64,000 nucleotides of DNA, from NCBI GenBank assembly GCA_012523095.1, contig JAAYJE010000033.1:10612-74611 (forward strand), given 5' to 3'. The translations under genes and the position numbers were made by a program. A model generated the notes under the pieces. It made no database searches. It saw only the letters and a list, made by a program, of their open reading frames with translations, and was not told where the DNA came from. Source of the stretch: Actinomycetota bacterium. GTDB lineage: Bacteria > Actinomycetota > Thermoleophilia > RBG-16-64-13. Of this stretch, positions 43,706 through 53,415 are shown in pieces. Position 1 is the stretch's first letter, and the number at the start of each line of letters is the position of its first letter.

Positions 43706-44268
43706 GTCATTTCCAATTCGGCCAGAACTGAGGCAAAGTCACGGTCGGAGAAGGATCCGTCTCTGAAGACCACCCTCTCAAGATCGAGGGCGTAGATGAG
43801 CTCGCCGTCTACGGGGACGATCTTCTGGAGGCAGCGCGTCCGCTCGTCGTCGTCGTGAGGAACGAATCCGCCTGACACCTCCAGAGAGCCCAGCGCTGCG
43901 TCCGCGGGGAGGACCACCGAGGTGGTCGAGGTGTTTGCGATGATGAAGTGGTCATCCAGACCTATGTCGCGGGTAGGTTGCCCAAAACGCGCACGGAGAT
44001 CCACGACGGGTAGGACTCGGCCCTGGATGTTGACGACGCCCCGGATGTGAGACGGGGATTCCGGTACGGGCTTGACCTCGACGGCCCGGACTATCCTCTC
44101 GACCTCCCAGATATGAAGAGCGTAGGTCTGCTCGTCGAGTTGGAATGTCACCCAGGTCTCCGTCGTGCCGTCAGCAGCGGCGGCGTCCGCCGCCACGGCC
44201 GGCTCCGCATAGCCTGAAAGACCGTCTGACTGCATGGTCGTCTCACTCTCTCTTCCTAGAAGGAACAT
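43702..44268 (-). CDS. cheW: CheW-like coupling protein (WspB-like position)
   Basis: WVTFQLDEQTYALHIWEVERIV...IRGVVNIQGRVLPVVDLRARFG. The stop overlaps the cheR start (ATGA). Alternative start at ATG 44235. Confidence 0.8.
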   Translation of the reverse strand: MFLLGRESETTMQSDGLSGYAEPAVAADAAAADGTTETWVTFQLDEQTYALHIWEVERIVRAVEVKPVPESPSHIRGVVNIQGRVLPVVDLRARFGQPTRDIGLDDHFIIANTSTTSVVLPADAALGSLEVSGGFVPHDDDERTRCLQKIVPVDGELIYALDLERVVFRDGSFSDRDFASVLAELEMT

Positions 44269-44456
44269 TGCCGACCTGAATCACCCGCCTGGGCGCTCTT
44301 CCCAACGAACAGGCCATCCAGACTCTAGTATCGCCCGATATGCCCTCCAGCTTTACACCTTGCAAGTCGTCGGGGGAATATTCCACGCGTCAGCATCCAA
44401 CTCGGCTCCACAAGACCTCGAAAACGGGCTCAGGCGGTGTCGAAGGCGACCGCCGC

Positions 44457-45164
44457 TCAGCTGTTCGCGAGGGCCTCGACGAGTTCGTCGGTGGTGGTCA
44501 CCCAGCCGAACAGATTCTCTACGTTCCAGAGCGTTGCTTCGTAAGTCGGGCCGGGTATCAGCGGATTGGTGGCGTCACTCACCAGGATGGGCCAGTAGTC
44601 GAGAGAGAAGCCGTCCCTGAGGGTCGATTCGACGCACACGTTGGCGGCTAGGCCGGAATAGAGGCAATACTTGATTTGATATGTCTTCAGAACGTGGTCG
44701 AGTTTTGTGCCGGCGAAGGCGCTGTAGCGGTGTTTGCGCACGATGGTATCGCCGGCCTCGGGTTTGAGCTCTTCGATGATCTCCTCGTCCCAGGTGCCCT
44801 CTGTGATCAACTTGCCCCAGTACTCCGGGTGCCGTCTCATGAGGACCAGCGCCAACTCCTTGTGCCAGTTGGGCGACTCCGGCCCGCCGGAATCGGAGTA
44901 ATCTCTGTTGTAGCTCATTTTGATGAAGACTATCTTCACCCCGGCCTGCCGGCAGGCGGGGATGAGCTTCTGGTGTCTCTCGATAACCGAGGCGTGGGGG
45001 GACGGATCCCAACCGAAGAGGTCGACCATGCCGCCCTTCTTGGTGAAGGCGTTCTGCATGTCCACGACGATGAGCGCGGTGCGTGCAAGATCAAGGTCGA
45101 GGGGTTCCGGCCTGGCGGGGATCTGCAGTGGCCTGGGGGCCTGTGAAGGTTGGGGAAGATCCAC
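44457..45164 (-). CDS. RutB-like isochorismatase-family amidohydrolase (intact Asp/Lys/Cys triad)
   Basis: GTG at 45164, 6 nt after AAAGGAGGG. ALIVVDMQNAF, VRKHRYSAF and GLAANVCVESTLRDGF closely resemble ureidoacrylate amidohydrolase RutB as I recall it. Confidence 0.8.
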   Translation of the reverse strand: MDLPQPSQAPRPLQIPARPEPLDLDLARTALIVVDMQNAFTKKGGMVDLFGWDPSPHASVIERHQKLIPACRQAGVKIVFIKMSYNRDYSDSGGPESPNWHKELALVLMRRHPEYWGKLITEGTWDEEIIEELKPEAGDTIVRKHRYSAFAGTKLDHVLKTYQIKYCLYSGLAANVCVESTLRDGFSLDYWPILVSDATNPLIPGPTYEATLWNVENLFGWVTTTDELVEALANS

Positions 45165-45375
45165 GTTGACCCTCCTTTCGAATGCCGCGTGACTTTGACG
45201 AGACCTTATCAGTACTGCAGTGATCGCGGCAATGGAGGAGACCACGCTCGTGATGCTCCTGGAGCGGGTAGGAGCGCCGCCAAGGGGATCGCCGTTTCGC
45301 TACGCTCTCTGCACGATCGCGTGTCACGGCACTGTCCGGCCACCCCCTTGGCGGCCGCCGTCACAGGTTCAAGTC

Positions 45376-46455
45376 CTAGAACATGATGACGTTGCGGAGC
45401 GCCTCGCCCCTCTCGACCGTCTCCATGGCTTCGTCGATCTCTTCCAACGTGTATCGCTTGGTTATCAGCTCGTCAAGCTTGAGCTTGCCCAGCTGATACA
45501 GCGTCACCAACTTGGGGATGTCGTTCTTGAGATTCGTGTTGCCCATCCAGCAACCTATGATGGAGCGCTCCTCCCTGAACACCGGGAAGGGGGAGAAGGT
45601 GACGGTGTCCTTGATGTTGGGGATGCCGACCCATACTGCCGAGCCCCGCGGCGCCGCCATAGGGATGCTCTGCTCCAGGGCCTGCGGAGAGCCGACGGTG
45701 ACGAAGACGTAGTCGGCGCCTCGTCCGTCGGTCAGATCTTTGACTGCTTGTATCGGGTCGACTTCAGTGTTGTTCACTGTGTGGGTGGCGCCGAACTGCT
45801 TCGCCGCTTCCAGTTTGGCGTCGTTCACGTCGACCGCGATTATGGGGTACGCGCCGACCAGAGACGCCCCCTGGATGGAGTTGAGCCCCACGCCGCCAAC
45901 GCCTATGACCGCGACGCTCGAACAGAGTTCCACCTTGGCCCGCCAGACGACGGCTCCGAAACCGGTGGCGACCCCGCAGGCCAACAGACTGGCTGCGTCG
46001 AACGGCATGTCGGGCGGCAGTTTGACCACCTGCGACTTGTGGACGACCGTGTATTCGGCGAAGCTGCCGATCAGGAACCCCTGGTCGACGGGCTCACCCT
46101 TCTGGTTCCTGTATGGAGAATCGGCACCGCGCTCCCAAGGATACTCGCATAGATTGGGATGGCCGGTGATGCACATGCGGCATTCGCCACATGAGATGAG
46201 CAACGAGACAACGACCGGGTCACCCTTCTCGAAACCGGTGACCCCTTCGCCGATCTCCTCGACGTATCCGGCTGTTTCGTGACCTCCGACGACGGGAGGC
46301 GGAAAGGGGAGGGTGCCTCTCACGAGATGGATGTCACTGTGGCAGACGGCCGTAGCGACGTTCTTGATCTTGACTTCCCCGGGGGCGGGAGGGCGGATCT
46401 CGATATCTTCTATCACCAAGGGTTTGCCGAATTCGTAGCAGACTGCCGCTTTCAT
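45376..46455 (-). CDS. zinc-dependent alcohol dehydrogenase (class III-like MDR)
   Basis: ATG at 46455 gives MKAAVCYEFGKPL.... GVCHSDIH-type motif (ATAVCHSDIH), GHETAG, structural Zn Cys cluster (CGECRMCITGHPNLC), and GVGGVG. Confidence 0.9.
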   Translation of the reverse strand: MKAAVCYEFGKPLVIEDIEIRPPAPGEVKIKNVATAVCHSDIHLVRGTLPFPPPVVGGHETAGYVEEIGEGVTGFEKGDPVVVSLLISCGECRMCITGHPNLCEYPWERGADSPYRNQKGEPVDQGFLIGSFAEYTVVHKSQVVKLPPDMPFDAASLLACGVATGFGAVVWRAKVELCSSVAVIGVGGVGLNSIQGASLVGAYPIIAVDVNDAKLEAAKQFGATHTVNNTEVDPIQAVKDLTDGRGADYVFVTVGSPQALEQSIPMAAPRGSAVWVGIPNIKDTVTFSPFPVFREERSIIGCWMGNTNLKNDIPKLVTLYQLGKLKLDELITKRYTLEEIDEAMETVERGEALRNVIMF

Positions 46456-46654
46456 GGAGTACCTTCCTTTGCGTATGGACACCTTCAATCTGCGCCACCT
46501 ACCGTCGCCAGATAACTATAACCTTGCAATGGAGGCTTTGATAGGTTCGTGTCTCCCGCGGCCGGCTCACGGATCAGCGCGGAGGGAGGTGCGCAGGTGC
46601 TGGGTCAGACAAGTCCGGACGACCAGGTCGGCGTAATAATCAGTCGGAACAGAG

Positions 46655-46680
46655 AAGAGCCCCGCTCTCGCGGGGCTCTT
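46655..46680 (-). terminator. perfect 11-bp hairpin (AAGAGCCCCGC-tctc-GCGGGGCTCTT), terminator-like
   Basis: Located 62 nt downstream of the small Mo-enzyme subunit stop. There is only a weak T-rich tail. Confidence 0.5.
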
Positions 46681-46741
46681 GTACCTTCTATGCGGCCCAC
46701 CGGGTCACGGGGGCTTGGCTCATAAGACCGAGGCCAGACTC

Positions 46742-47557
46742 TTACAAGATGATGTCTCCCAGGTAGATGCTCTTGTACGTCTTGACCTCGAGTTCCTGGG
46801 TCTTGTAACCAGGCGCACCCACCGTGACTTTGTAGGATCTCCCTTCGGGCAGGTCTTCGAACTCGAAGTCGCCGAACGCGTCGGTCTGGGTGGTCTGGGC
46901 GTCGTCTTCACCCGTCAAGGTCACGGTCACGCCTTTCGCGCACTCGTCCTTATCTCCGAAAGCCACCGAGCCGGCCACGAAGTTCTTCGGCAGCCCGATG
47001 TACCGCACCTTGTCTCCGAGCTTGTACTCGGGATGCATGGCTTCAGCTCGTTTCCACGCCTTGGAGACTTCGCTGTTCGGATCATCCAGGTCACCGAAGA
47101 TGAGTGTGCCGGTCGGACACGCCTCGACGCATCGAGGCTCCTTCCAGCCGGCATCCAGGAGGTGGGCGCAGAACGTGCACTTCTGCGCGACGTCCGCTTC
47201 CGCGTTCCAGTAGATCCGGCGGTATGGGCACCTGGTGACCAGGTCTTTCTGTCCTTTGACCTTCTCGGGGTCGATCATGACGATGCCGTCGTCGCGCATG
47301 TGAACGGCCCCATTCGAATCGGTCATGCAGGCCGGGTTCTCGCACTGCATACAGGGCACAGCGATATAGTCCTGCTTGACCTTGGGGAACTGGCCACGCT
47401 CCACCGGGATGATCTTCATCCAGTCCTGGCCGGTCATCGGCTGGGCGGCGGAGTAGCCCTTCTTCTCCTGCTCGCAGTACTCATCTTTGCATGCGATGAA
47501 GCAGTTGTAGCAGCCGTCACACTTAGTGACGTCGATAACCATTCCGTACCTAGGCAT
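46742..47557 (-). CDS. Fe-S (3x[4Fe-4S]) small subunit of a DMSO-reductase-family enzyme, pyrogallol hydroxytransferase BthL-like
   Basis: MVIDVTKCDGCYNCFIACKDE..., PCMQCENPAC and CTFCAHLLD...RCVEACP. A C-terminal ~80-aa beta-sandwich-like extension matches the architecture I recall for Pelobacter BthL. Confidence 0.75.
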   Translation of the reverse strand: MPRYGMVIDVTKCDGCYNCFIACKDEYCEQEKKGYSAAQPMTGQDWMKIIPVERGQFPKVKQDYIAVPCMQCENPACMTDSNGAVHMRDDGIVMIDPEKVKGQKDLVTRCPYRRIYWNAEADVAQKCTFCAHLLDAGWKEPRCVEACPTGTLIFGDLDDPNSEVSKAWKRAEAMHPEYKLGDKVRYIGLPKNFVAGSVAFGDKDECAKGVTVTLTGEDDAQTTQTDAFGDFEFEDLPEGRSYKVTVGAPGYKTQELEVKTYKSIYLGDIIL

Positions 47558-47560
47558 GTG

Positions 47561-50089
47561 TCATCCCTCCCACTTTGTCATCTCGACGAGACAGGAGTTC
47601 GGCGCCATGCCCGGCACGTTCTTCGACATCATGCGGCCGGGACTGAGTAGGTTGGTGCAGCCGCCTCTGTCGGGGCTGTCGGGGTTGCCTTTTTCAATCG
47701 GGTCGTATCTGGATGACCCCTCGTAGGAGTGCACCACTCCCGGCCGGATCCTCTCGGTCACATAGGCGGCGAAAAGGACGGCTGCACGGTCGTTGTACAG
47801 TTTGATCACGTCACCGTGTTTGATGCCCCTCGCCTCCGCGTCCGTGGGATGGATGCGGCAGATCTGGTAGTTGTAGCCGTCAATCCACATGCGGTGTTCG
47901 GGAATCTCAGAGAGCCACGGAACGCGGGTGTCATGATGTGTGTGGAACGAGAAGCGTGGATGCGGAGACATGAACTGGAGCGGGTACTTCTTGAAGAGTT
48001 CGGACTCGGGACCTTCCCAGCTGGGGATGTACTTCGGCAGGGGAGCGCGCTCGTCATCGTCGGGCGTGTGACGCATGAGGCTCTGCGAGACGAACTCGAT
48101 GAGTCCCGTGTCGGTCGCCAGTTCGTGGGCCTTGTCGGTGCCGCGCTTGGGGTTGCTCGTGTCGGGCGTGTCGCACGGCCGGCCCTCGGCGAACCAGCGC
48201 AGGGCGTAGGTCGGCTTGTAGTCCGGCAACTGCGGGACCACGAAGTAGCCCTTCTTCTTGAATTCCTCGTAGTCCATGTACTCGGGCATGTCGGACCAGT
48301 CGTACATCTTCTTGATCCAGTCCTCCCAGGTGTTGCCCTCGGTGAACTGCTCCTCGTAGCCCAATCTCTTGGCGAGCTCGACGAAGATGTCGTAGTCCGG
48401 CTTCGACTCACCCACCGGGTCGACGCACTTCTGCTGGTACACGATCACCCGGTGGTTGGCGCTACCCGAGGCGTGCAGAGAATAGCCGCCCGAGCTGGCC
48501 CATTCGGCGATGTCGGTGCGCTCCAGGTTGGTGCAGGCCGGCAGGATGACGTCGGCGAACTGAGTCTCGTTGGTGAACCAGCAGTCCTGGTTGACCACGA
48601 ACTCCAGCTTGTCGCTCTGGTACATCCGCACCCACTTGCTGGTGTCGATCATGGTGGAGAGGAACGAGCCGCCGTAGCGGTAGAACATCTTCACCTCGGA
48701 GTGGTCGGGCAACGGATAGGTGAACTTGGTGAAGTGCTGCTCCAGGGAGTTGCCGCAGAAGCCCTCGCCCATCCACGCGATGTGTCCGTCGAGGACGGCG
48801 TCCGGTACCGTCAGCCGATACAGCCTCTGCTTGACAGGGTTGACGGCCGGCTTCTCAGCGATCAGATTGAAGCCGCCCTGCGCGTAGCCCGGGAATTCCA
48901 GCGTGTGGTTGAACGGTGGACCGTTGGCCGTGCCCCAGATGCTGATGCCCGGCAGACCCAGGCCCTGCATGGCCTGCAGGAACACCATATGCCGGGCCGC
49001 TTCGGTCGCATAGGCGTAGCGGCAGGCGCCGCCTTCGCCGCCCTTGGTGCCGCCGGCAAGCGAAGTCCTGTGCGAAGCCCACTCACGGGCAAGGGCCACG
49101 ATGGTGCGGGCTTCGATGCCGCAGATCTCCGCCGCCCAGCGAGGAGTCTTCGGAACGCCGTCGCTCTTGCCGAGTACGTAGTCCTTCCACTCGTCGAACC
49201 CGTGGGTGCGGGTGGCGACGTACTCCTTGTTGTAGGTGTCCTCTTCAAGCCAGACGTAGGCGATGGCTATGGCCAGGGCCGACGTGGTGCCGGGACGGTA
49301 AGAGATCCACTTGCCGTCGATGTGCGCCGCAGTGTAGTTGTGGAACGGGTCGATGAAGATGGTTTTGATGCCTCTCTCCCGCAGCCACAGGCGCCAGACG
49401 GCGGAGTCGGTGCCTCCGTAGATGCCGTGGGTGGTGTCGGGGTCGTTGCTCCATGAGATCAGGAGTTCGGTATTGCGGAGCGCATCCTCGAGCAGGTCGT
49501 AGTGCTCCGGGTTGCCCAGCCTCCAGTAGTAGCCGTACGAGTGGGTCGCTCCCCAGTGCCAACCTTCCCAGCTGTCGGGGTTATCGAGGATGTCGGTGAA
49601 CCCGATCAGGTTGAAGAAGCGGGCCCATGCTCCGGAGCGGTAGCCGAGGTTGCCCCAGTTGTGGTGGGAGGAAGCGCGGGACATGACGGCCTCGGGGCCG
49701 TACGTCTCCCGCACACGCTTCATCTCCTGCGCGACCAGGTCGAGCGCTTCGTCCCAGCTGATCCTCTTATAGCCGGACTTGCCGCGGTTCTGGTGGTTCC
49801 TGCCGCCGGGTCCCGTGGAGCCTGGGGCTCCGCTCGCATCGAAATCCACCCGTTTCATGGGATAGGGGATGCGGTCCTCCGAGTACACGCGGGCCCTTTC
49901 CACCAAAGAGAACGGAGCCACGCACGACTTGCGGAACGGGGTATATTTGTCCTCGCCGACATCGATGGTCCACGAAGGAGCGTCGGTCTCATCGAAGACC
50001 AGCGGACGCACCTTAGTGATCTTGCCGTCCTCCACGTGGACCCGGATCACGCCGCCGCCTGTACAGTTCACGAATACTTCTTCTGCCAT
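47561..50089 (-). CDS. molybdopterin large subunit without an N-terminal Fe-S motif, pyrogallol-phloroglucinol transhydroxylase AthL-like
   Basis: 842 aa. N-terminus NCTGGGVIRVHVEDGKITKVRPL, plus IPYPMKRVDFD, DNPDSWEGWHWG, RLGNPEHYDLLEDAL, LRWFAEGRP..DTPD and MSPHPRFSFHT parallel AthL as I remember it. Confidence 0.7.
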   Translation of the reverse strand: MAEEVFVNCTGGGVIRVHVEDGKITKVRPLVFDETDAPSWTIDVGEDKYTPFRKSCVAPFSLVERARVYSEDRIPYPMKRVDFDASGAPGSTGPGGRNHQNRGKSGYKRISWDEALDLVAQEMKRVRETYGPEAVMSRASSHHNWGNLGYRSGAWARFFNLIGFTDILDNPDSWEGWHWGATHSYGYYWRLGNPEHYDLLEDALRNTELLISWSNDPDTTHGIYGGTDSAVWRLWLRERGIKTIFIDPFHNYTAAHIDGKWISYRPGTTSALAIAIAYVWLEEDTYNKEYVATRTHGFDEWKDYVLGKSDGVPKTPRWAAEICGIEARTIVALAREWASHRTSLAGGTKGGEGGACRYAYATEAARHMVFLQAMQGLGLPGISIWGTANGPPFNHTLEFPGYAQGGFNLIAEKPAVNPVKQRLYRLTVPDAVLDGHIAWMGEGFCGNSLEQHFTKFTYPLPDHSEVKMFYRYGGSFLSTMIDTSKWVRMYQSDKLEFVVNQDCWFTNETQFADVILPACTNLERTDIAEWASSGGYSLHASGSANHRVIVYQQKCVDPVGESKPDYDIFVELAKRLGYEEQFTEGNTWEDWIKKMYDWSDMPEYMDYEEFKKKGYFVVPQLPDYKPTYALRWFAEGRPCDTPDTSNPKRGTDKAHELATDTGLIEFVSQSLMRHTPDDDERAPLPKYIPSWEGPESELFKKYPLQFMSPHPRFSFHTHHDTRVPWLSEIPEHRMWIDGYNYQICRIHPTDAEARGIKHGDVIKLYNDRAAVLFAAYVTERIRPGVVHSYEGSSRYDPIEKGNPDSPDRGGCTNLLSPGRMMSKNVPGMAPNSCLVEMTKWEG

Positions 50090-50129
50090 GCCTTATCCTC
50101 CCTGGAGTGTGCCGGCGCGCAATAGCCGT

Positions 50130-51350
50130 CTACGCGGTGGGCGCTCCGTTCAGTAGGGCCATCTCCGTGGTGGCGAAGCCGTGAAGCATGCAGTAGACAT
50201 CCCTCAGGTGCTTGCCGAACGGTACGTCGTCGTCGGTGGTGCCGTAGCCGCCCATGATGCCACAGGTGATATTGACGAAGTTCACTCCGATCTGGTCGAC
50301 GAACGCCTTCACCAGCATGCCGCACTTGGGGTTGTACTCGTATTTCTCTTTATACGACCAAGCGGACTTCATGAGGTACGCATGCGCCGCCTCATACTGC
50401 ATCTTCATCTCCGCCAGCTTCATGGCCACGTGCTGATGCTCGATGATCGGCTTACCTCCCTGTACGCGCTGCTTAGCGTACTCGAGGGCCTCCTCGTAGA
50501 CCGAGCGCACGGTGCCAAGGTTGGCGGCGGCGCCCAGGAGTCCGAATGGCGGCGGGACTCCTTGTGGGGTCTTCGACCAGTCGAACTGCGGACCGCCCCA
50601 TTCGCCCTCGGTGCCCCAGGCCTCTCCTTCATTACCGAGGAGGTATCTGGCCGGGATGCGGCAGTCCTCGAAGATGAGCGAAGCGTTGGCCAACAATCTG
50701 CGGCCCAGTTTGTTGTGGAACCTACCGATCTTGAAGCCGGGAGCGTCGTCCGGCACCAAGAAGCAACTGAGGCTCGTAGAGATGGGACCCTTCCGGTCGG
50801 TGCGCGCGTAGACGAAGTACAGCTTGGCTACTCCGCCGCACGAGATGTAGTGCTTGGTGCCGTTGATGACGTACTCGTCGCCGTCCTTCACCGCGTAGGT
50901 CTGGATCGAGGCGCCGGGTTCGTCATAGAGGAAGTGGGAGTCGGTGCCGGCGTCTGGCTCCGACCGGGCCAGGCCCAGGAGGAACGTGTCTTCTTCCATG
51001 AACTTGGTAAGCCATTCCTCGCGCAGCTCCGGGGTCAACTCTCCCACCAGCCGGGGCGACTCCGTGTAGCAGCCCCTGATGATGGTGGCGAAGCCCTGGT
51101 CTGCCGCTCCCAGTTCTTCAAGGATGAGCGCGAGCGTCGGGTAGTCCGCGCCGACGCCCCCGAACTTCTCAGGGATGGCCGCCGTGCGCAGGCCTAACGC
51201 CGACGCCTTCTTGATGAGGTCCCAGGGAACGCAGTCCTTAGGGTCCTGCTTGTGGTCGTAGTCCAGGGCCACGGGCTCGACTTCGTTTTCGGCGAAATCC
51301 CGGACCATGTCTCGGATCATCTCCTGCTCTTCAGTCAATCTGAAGTCCAT
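50130..51350 (-). CDS. acyl-CoA dehydrogenase family protein
   Basis: MDFRLTEEQEMIRDMVRDFAENEV.... ACAD middle and C-terminal domains, 406 aa. Confidence 0.85.
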   Translation of the reverse strand: MDFRLTEEQEMIRDMVRDFAENEVEPVALDYDHKQDPKDCVPWDLIKKASALGLRTAAIPEKFGGVGADYPTLALILEELGAADQGFATIIRGCYTESPRLVGELTPELREEWLTKFMEEDTFLLGLARSEPDAGTDSHFLYDEPGASIQTYAVKDGDEYVINGTKHYISCGGVAKLYFVYARTDRKGPISTSLSCFLVPDDAPGFKIGRFHNKLGRRLLANASLIFEDCRIPARYLLGNEGEAWGTEGEWGGPQFDWSKTPQGVPPPFGLLGAAANLGTVRSVYEEALEYAKQRVQGGKPIIEHQHVAMKLAEMKMQYEAAHAYLMKSAWSYKEKYEYNPKCGMLVKAFVDQIGVNFVNITCGIMGGYGTTDDDVPFGKHLRDVYCMLHGFATTEMALLNGAPTA

Positions 51351-51566
51351 ACAACCATCTCCTTCTAGAATCCCTTAGGGGCTGCTGCCGACTCCCACCT
51401 TGGCGCCGTCTCGACCGGTCGCCAACCCGACCGACGCCCGGTCGGGTGGATTGCAACATGATAGTACCAGCAGTGGCCAAGAACACGACTTCTCCCCAAC
51501 ATTTCATCGGGTGACGGTAAGTATTACGTCGACGTATACGATACGACAAACGACCCGCACTCGCGG

Positions 51567-52475
51567 TCATGATGAACAGCCCTGGTCTTCGCCGCCACGG
51601 CCGGAGATGGCCGCACGGATGTGGACCATCAGAGCCCGTGCCGACGCGGTCAGGGGGCGGTCGCGTGGGGAGATCAGGTTGAGGTCCCGGTATAGGGGCT
51701 CCCGGAAGGGGACGGCCACCAGCCCGTCCAGGGTCTCGGGCGTCGCCACCATCTTGGGCATGGGCGCGATCCCCACGCCTGCCCTCACCAGCGCCTTGGT
51801 CAGTTCGGGGTAGTTGGCCCGGCGCGAGATTCTGGGCTCAAGCCCGGCCCGTCGTAGAGCGTCGGCGATCACGTTGCCGGCATTGAGTCCCGCTCGGGGT
51901 AGCAGCACCGACTCGTTCGCGAGCATGCTCAGGTCGACGCATGGCTCCTTCGCCAAGGGGTGGTCTCGGGGCATGACCAGCAGGATCTCCTCTGTGAGAA
52001 GATGCTGAGTCGCCGTGCGCGTGGAGCCCCAGGGCGTCACGACCGCGCAATCCAGTTCCCCGCTGATCACGGCCTCTTCCAGCTGAGCGTCGTCCTTCTC
52101 TATCAGGTCGACGCTCACCCGAGGGTAGGCTGCGAAGAAGGAGGCCAGGATCGGCGTCAGAAGAATGGCCATGACGTTGCCGACGGCGCCGAACCGCACG
52201 GTACCAGAGCCGGTGCCCGCCTCGTCGCGGATGAGGCTGACGGCCTCGTCGGTCCGCGTTATGATCGCCCGAGCCAGTGGCAGCAGCAACTGGCCCGTGA
52301 CGGTGCACTCCACGTGTCGTCCGTATCGCTCGAAGAGACGGGCGCCCAACTCTTTCTCTAGGCGGGCGATCTGCCTGCTGAGGGTAGGTTGGGTCGAGTG
52401 CATGAGTCGCGCGGCCCGACTGAAACTGCGGGCTTCGGCAACGGTAACGAAAGATCTGAATAAATCGAGTTCCAT
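51567..52475 (-). CDS. LysR-family transcriptional regulator
   Basis: N-terminal HTH (LFRSFVTVAEARSFSRAARLMHSTQPTLSRQIARLEKELG) plus a LysR substrate-binding domain. It is divergent from the etf operon. Confidence 0.9.
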   Translation of the reverse strand: MELDLFRSFVTVAEARSFSRAARLMHSTQPTLSRQIARLEKELGARLFERYGRHVECTVTGQLLLPLARAIITRTDEAVSLIRDEAGTGSGTVRFGAVGNVMAILLTPILASFFAAYPRVSVDLIEKDDAQLEEAVISGELDCAVVTPWGSTRTATQHLLTEEILLVMPRDHPLAKEPCVDLSMLANESVLLPRAGLNAGNVIADALRRAGLEPRISRRANYPELTKALVRAGVGIAPMPKMVATPETLDGLVAVPFREPLYRDLNLISPRDRPLTASARALMVHIRAAISGRGGEDQGCSS

Positions 52476-52548
52476 CTATACACTATGGTAATACTTTCGA
52501 GGGGCGATGAAAAGTTGAGTGGAAGTGCGCCGTTTGCGGCGGTCACGG

Positions 52549-52563
52549 ATTATCATATAGAAT
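52549..52563. promoter_or_regulatory. candidate LysR-type T-N11-A box (ATTATCATATAGAAT)
   Basis: An AT-rich imperfect dyad in the 144-bp LysR/etfB divergent intergenic region. This is a motif-level match only. Confidence 0.2.
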
Positions 52564-52622
52564 ACCCGCAGCTCCGGGTGAAGGTGCGGCCGGGTGTCGC
52601 TTGAAAAAGGGATGGATGATTG

Positions 52623-53399
52623 ATGAACATTGCGGTGTGCGTAAAACAGGTGATCGATACAGAAGCTGAGAAGAAGCTCGATCCTTCTTCCTGGCGTCTG
52701 GACCGCAACGTGAACTGCATCCTCAACCCGTACGACGAGTACGCGGTGGAGGAGGCATTGCGGATCAAAGAAGCCCATGGCGGCCAAGTGGTGGCCGTAT
52801 GCATGGGTCCGGAGAAGGCGACCGACGCGGTGCGCAAGGCTCTGGCTATGGGAGCCGACACGGGCGTCTTGGTGAGCGATGAGGCTTTGGCCGGTTCAGA
52901 CGCGCAGGGAACGGCCTACGTCCTGGCCGAAGCGCTCAAAGGCTTGGAGTGGGATCTGATCCTCTTCGGGGTCAGGTCCACCGATGGCGAGACCGGCTGT
53001 GTGCCGGCGGCCGTGGCCGAGCGTCTCGGTATTCCGCTTCTCTCCACCTTGGCCAAGGTGGAGGTGGAGGGTTCCACGCTCAAGGTCCATCGGGAGACTG
53101 AGCAGGGCTACGTCGCGTACGAGTGCCCTACTCCCGCCGTCCTCTCGGTCATCAAAGGGATCAACGAACCTCGGTATCCATCGATGATGGGCATCATGGG
53201 CGCGAAGAAGAAGCCCCTTGAAGTGAAGGATGCGGGCGCGCTGTCTCTGGACAAGAGCCGGATCGGCCTGGACGGGGCCAAGACACGCGTGCTCTCAGCC
53301 CGCATCCCTGAGCCACGCAAGGCGGGAGTGAAGGTGGAGGACGACGGTTCGGGCGCCCAGAAGATCGCCGAGTTCCTGGCGAGCGAGAAGCTCGTGTAG
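52623..53399 (+). CDS. etfB: electron transfer flavoprotein beta subunit
   Basis: MNIAVCVKQVIDTE... and NPYDEYAVEEALRIKE are typical EtfB motifs. Confidence 0.9.
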   Translation: MNIAVCVKQVIDTEAEKKLDPSSWRLDRNVNCILNPYDEYAVEEALRIKEAHGGQVVAVCMGPEKATDAVRKALAMGADTGVLVSDEALAGSDAQGTAYVLAEALKGLEWDLILFGVRSTDGETGCVPAAVAERLGIPLLSTLAKVEVEGSTLKVHRETEQGYVAYECPTPAVLSVIKGINEPRYPSMMGIMGAKKKPLEVKDAGALSLDKSRIGLDGAKTRVLSARIPEPRKAGVKVEDDGSGAQKIAEFLASEKLV

Positions 53400-53415
53400 G
53401 AGAGGAGATATACCA

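Noticed and set aside
47729-49456. 575-aa ORF antisense to the AthL-like gene (with similar cases at 46679..47650 and 45220..46152)
   Set aside because: The same reasoning applies. The minus-strand genes are strongly supported by motif content, and the plus-strand ORFs are high-GC shadows.
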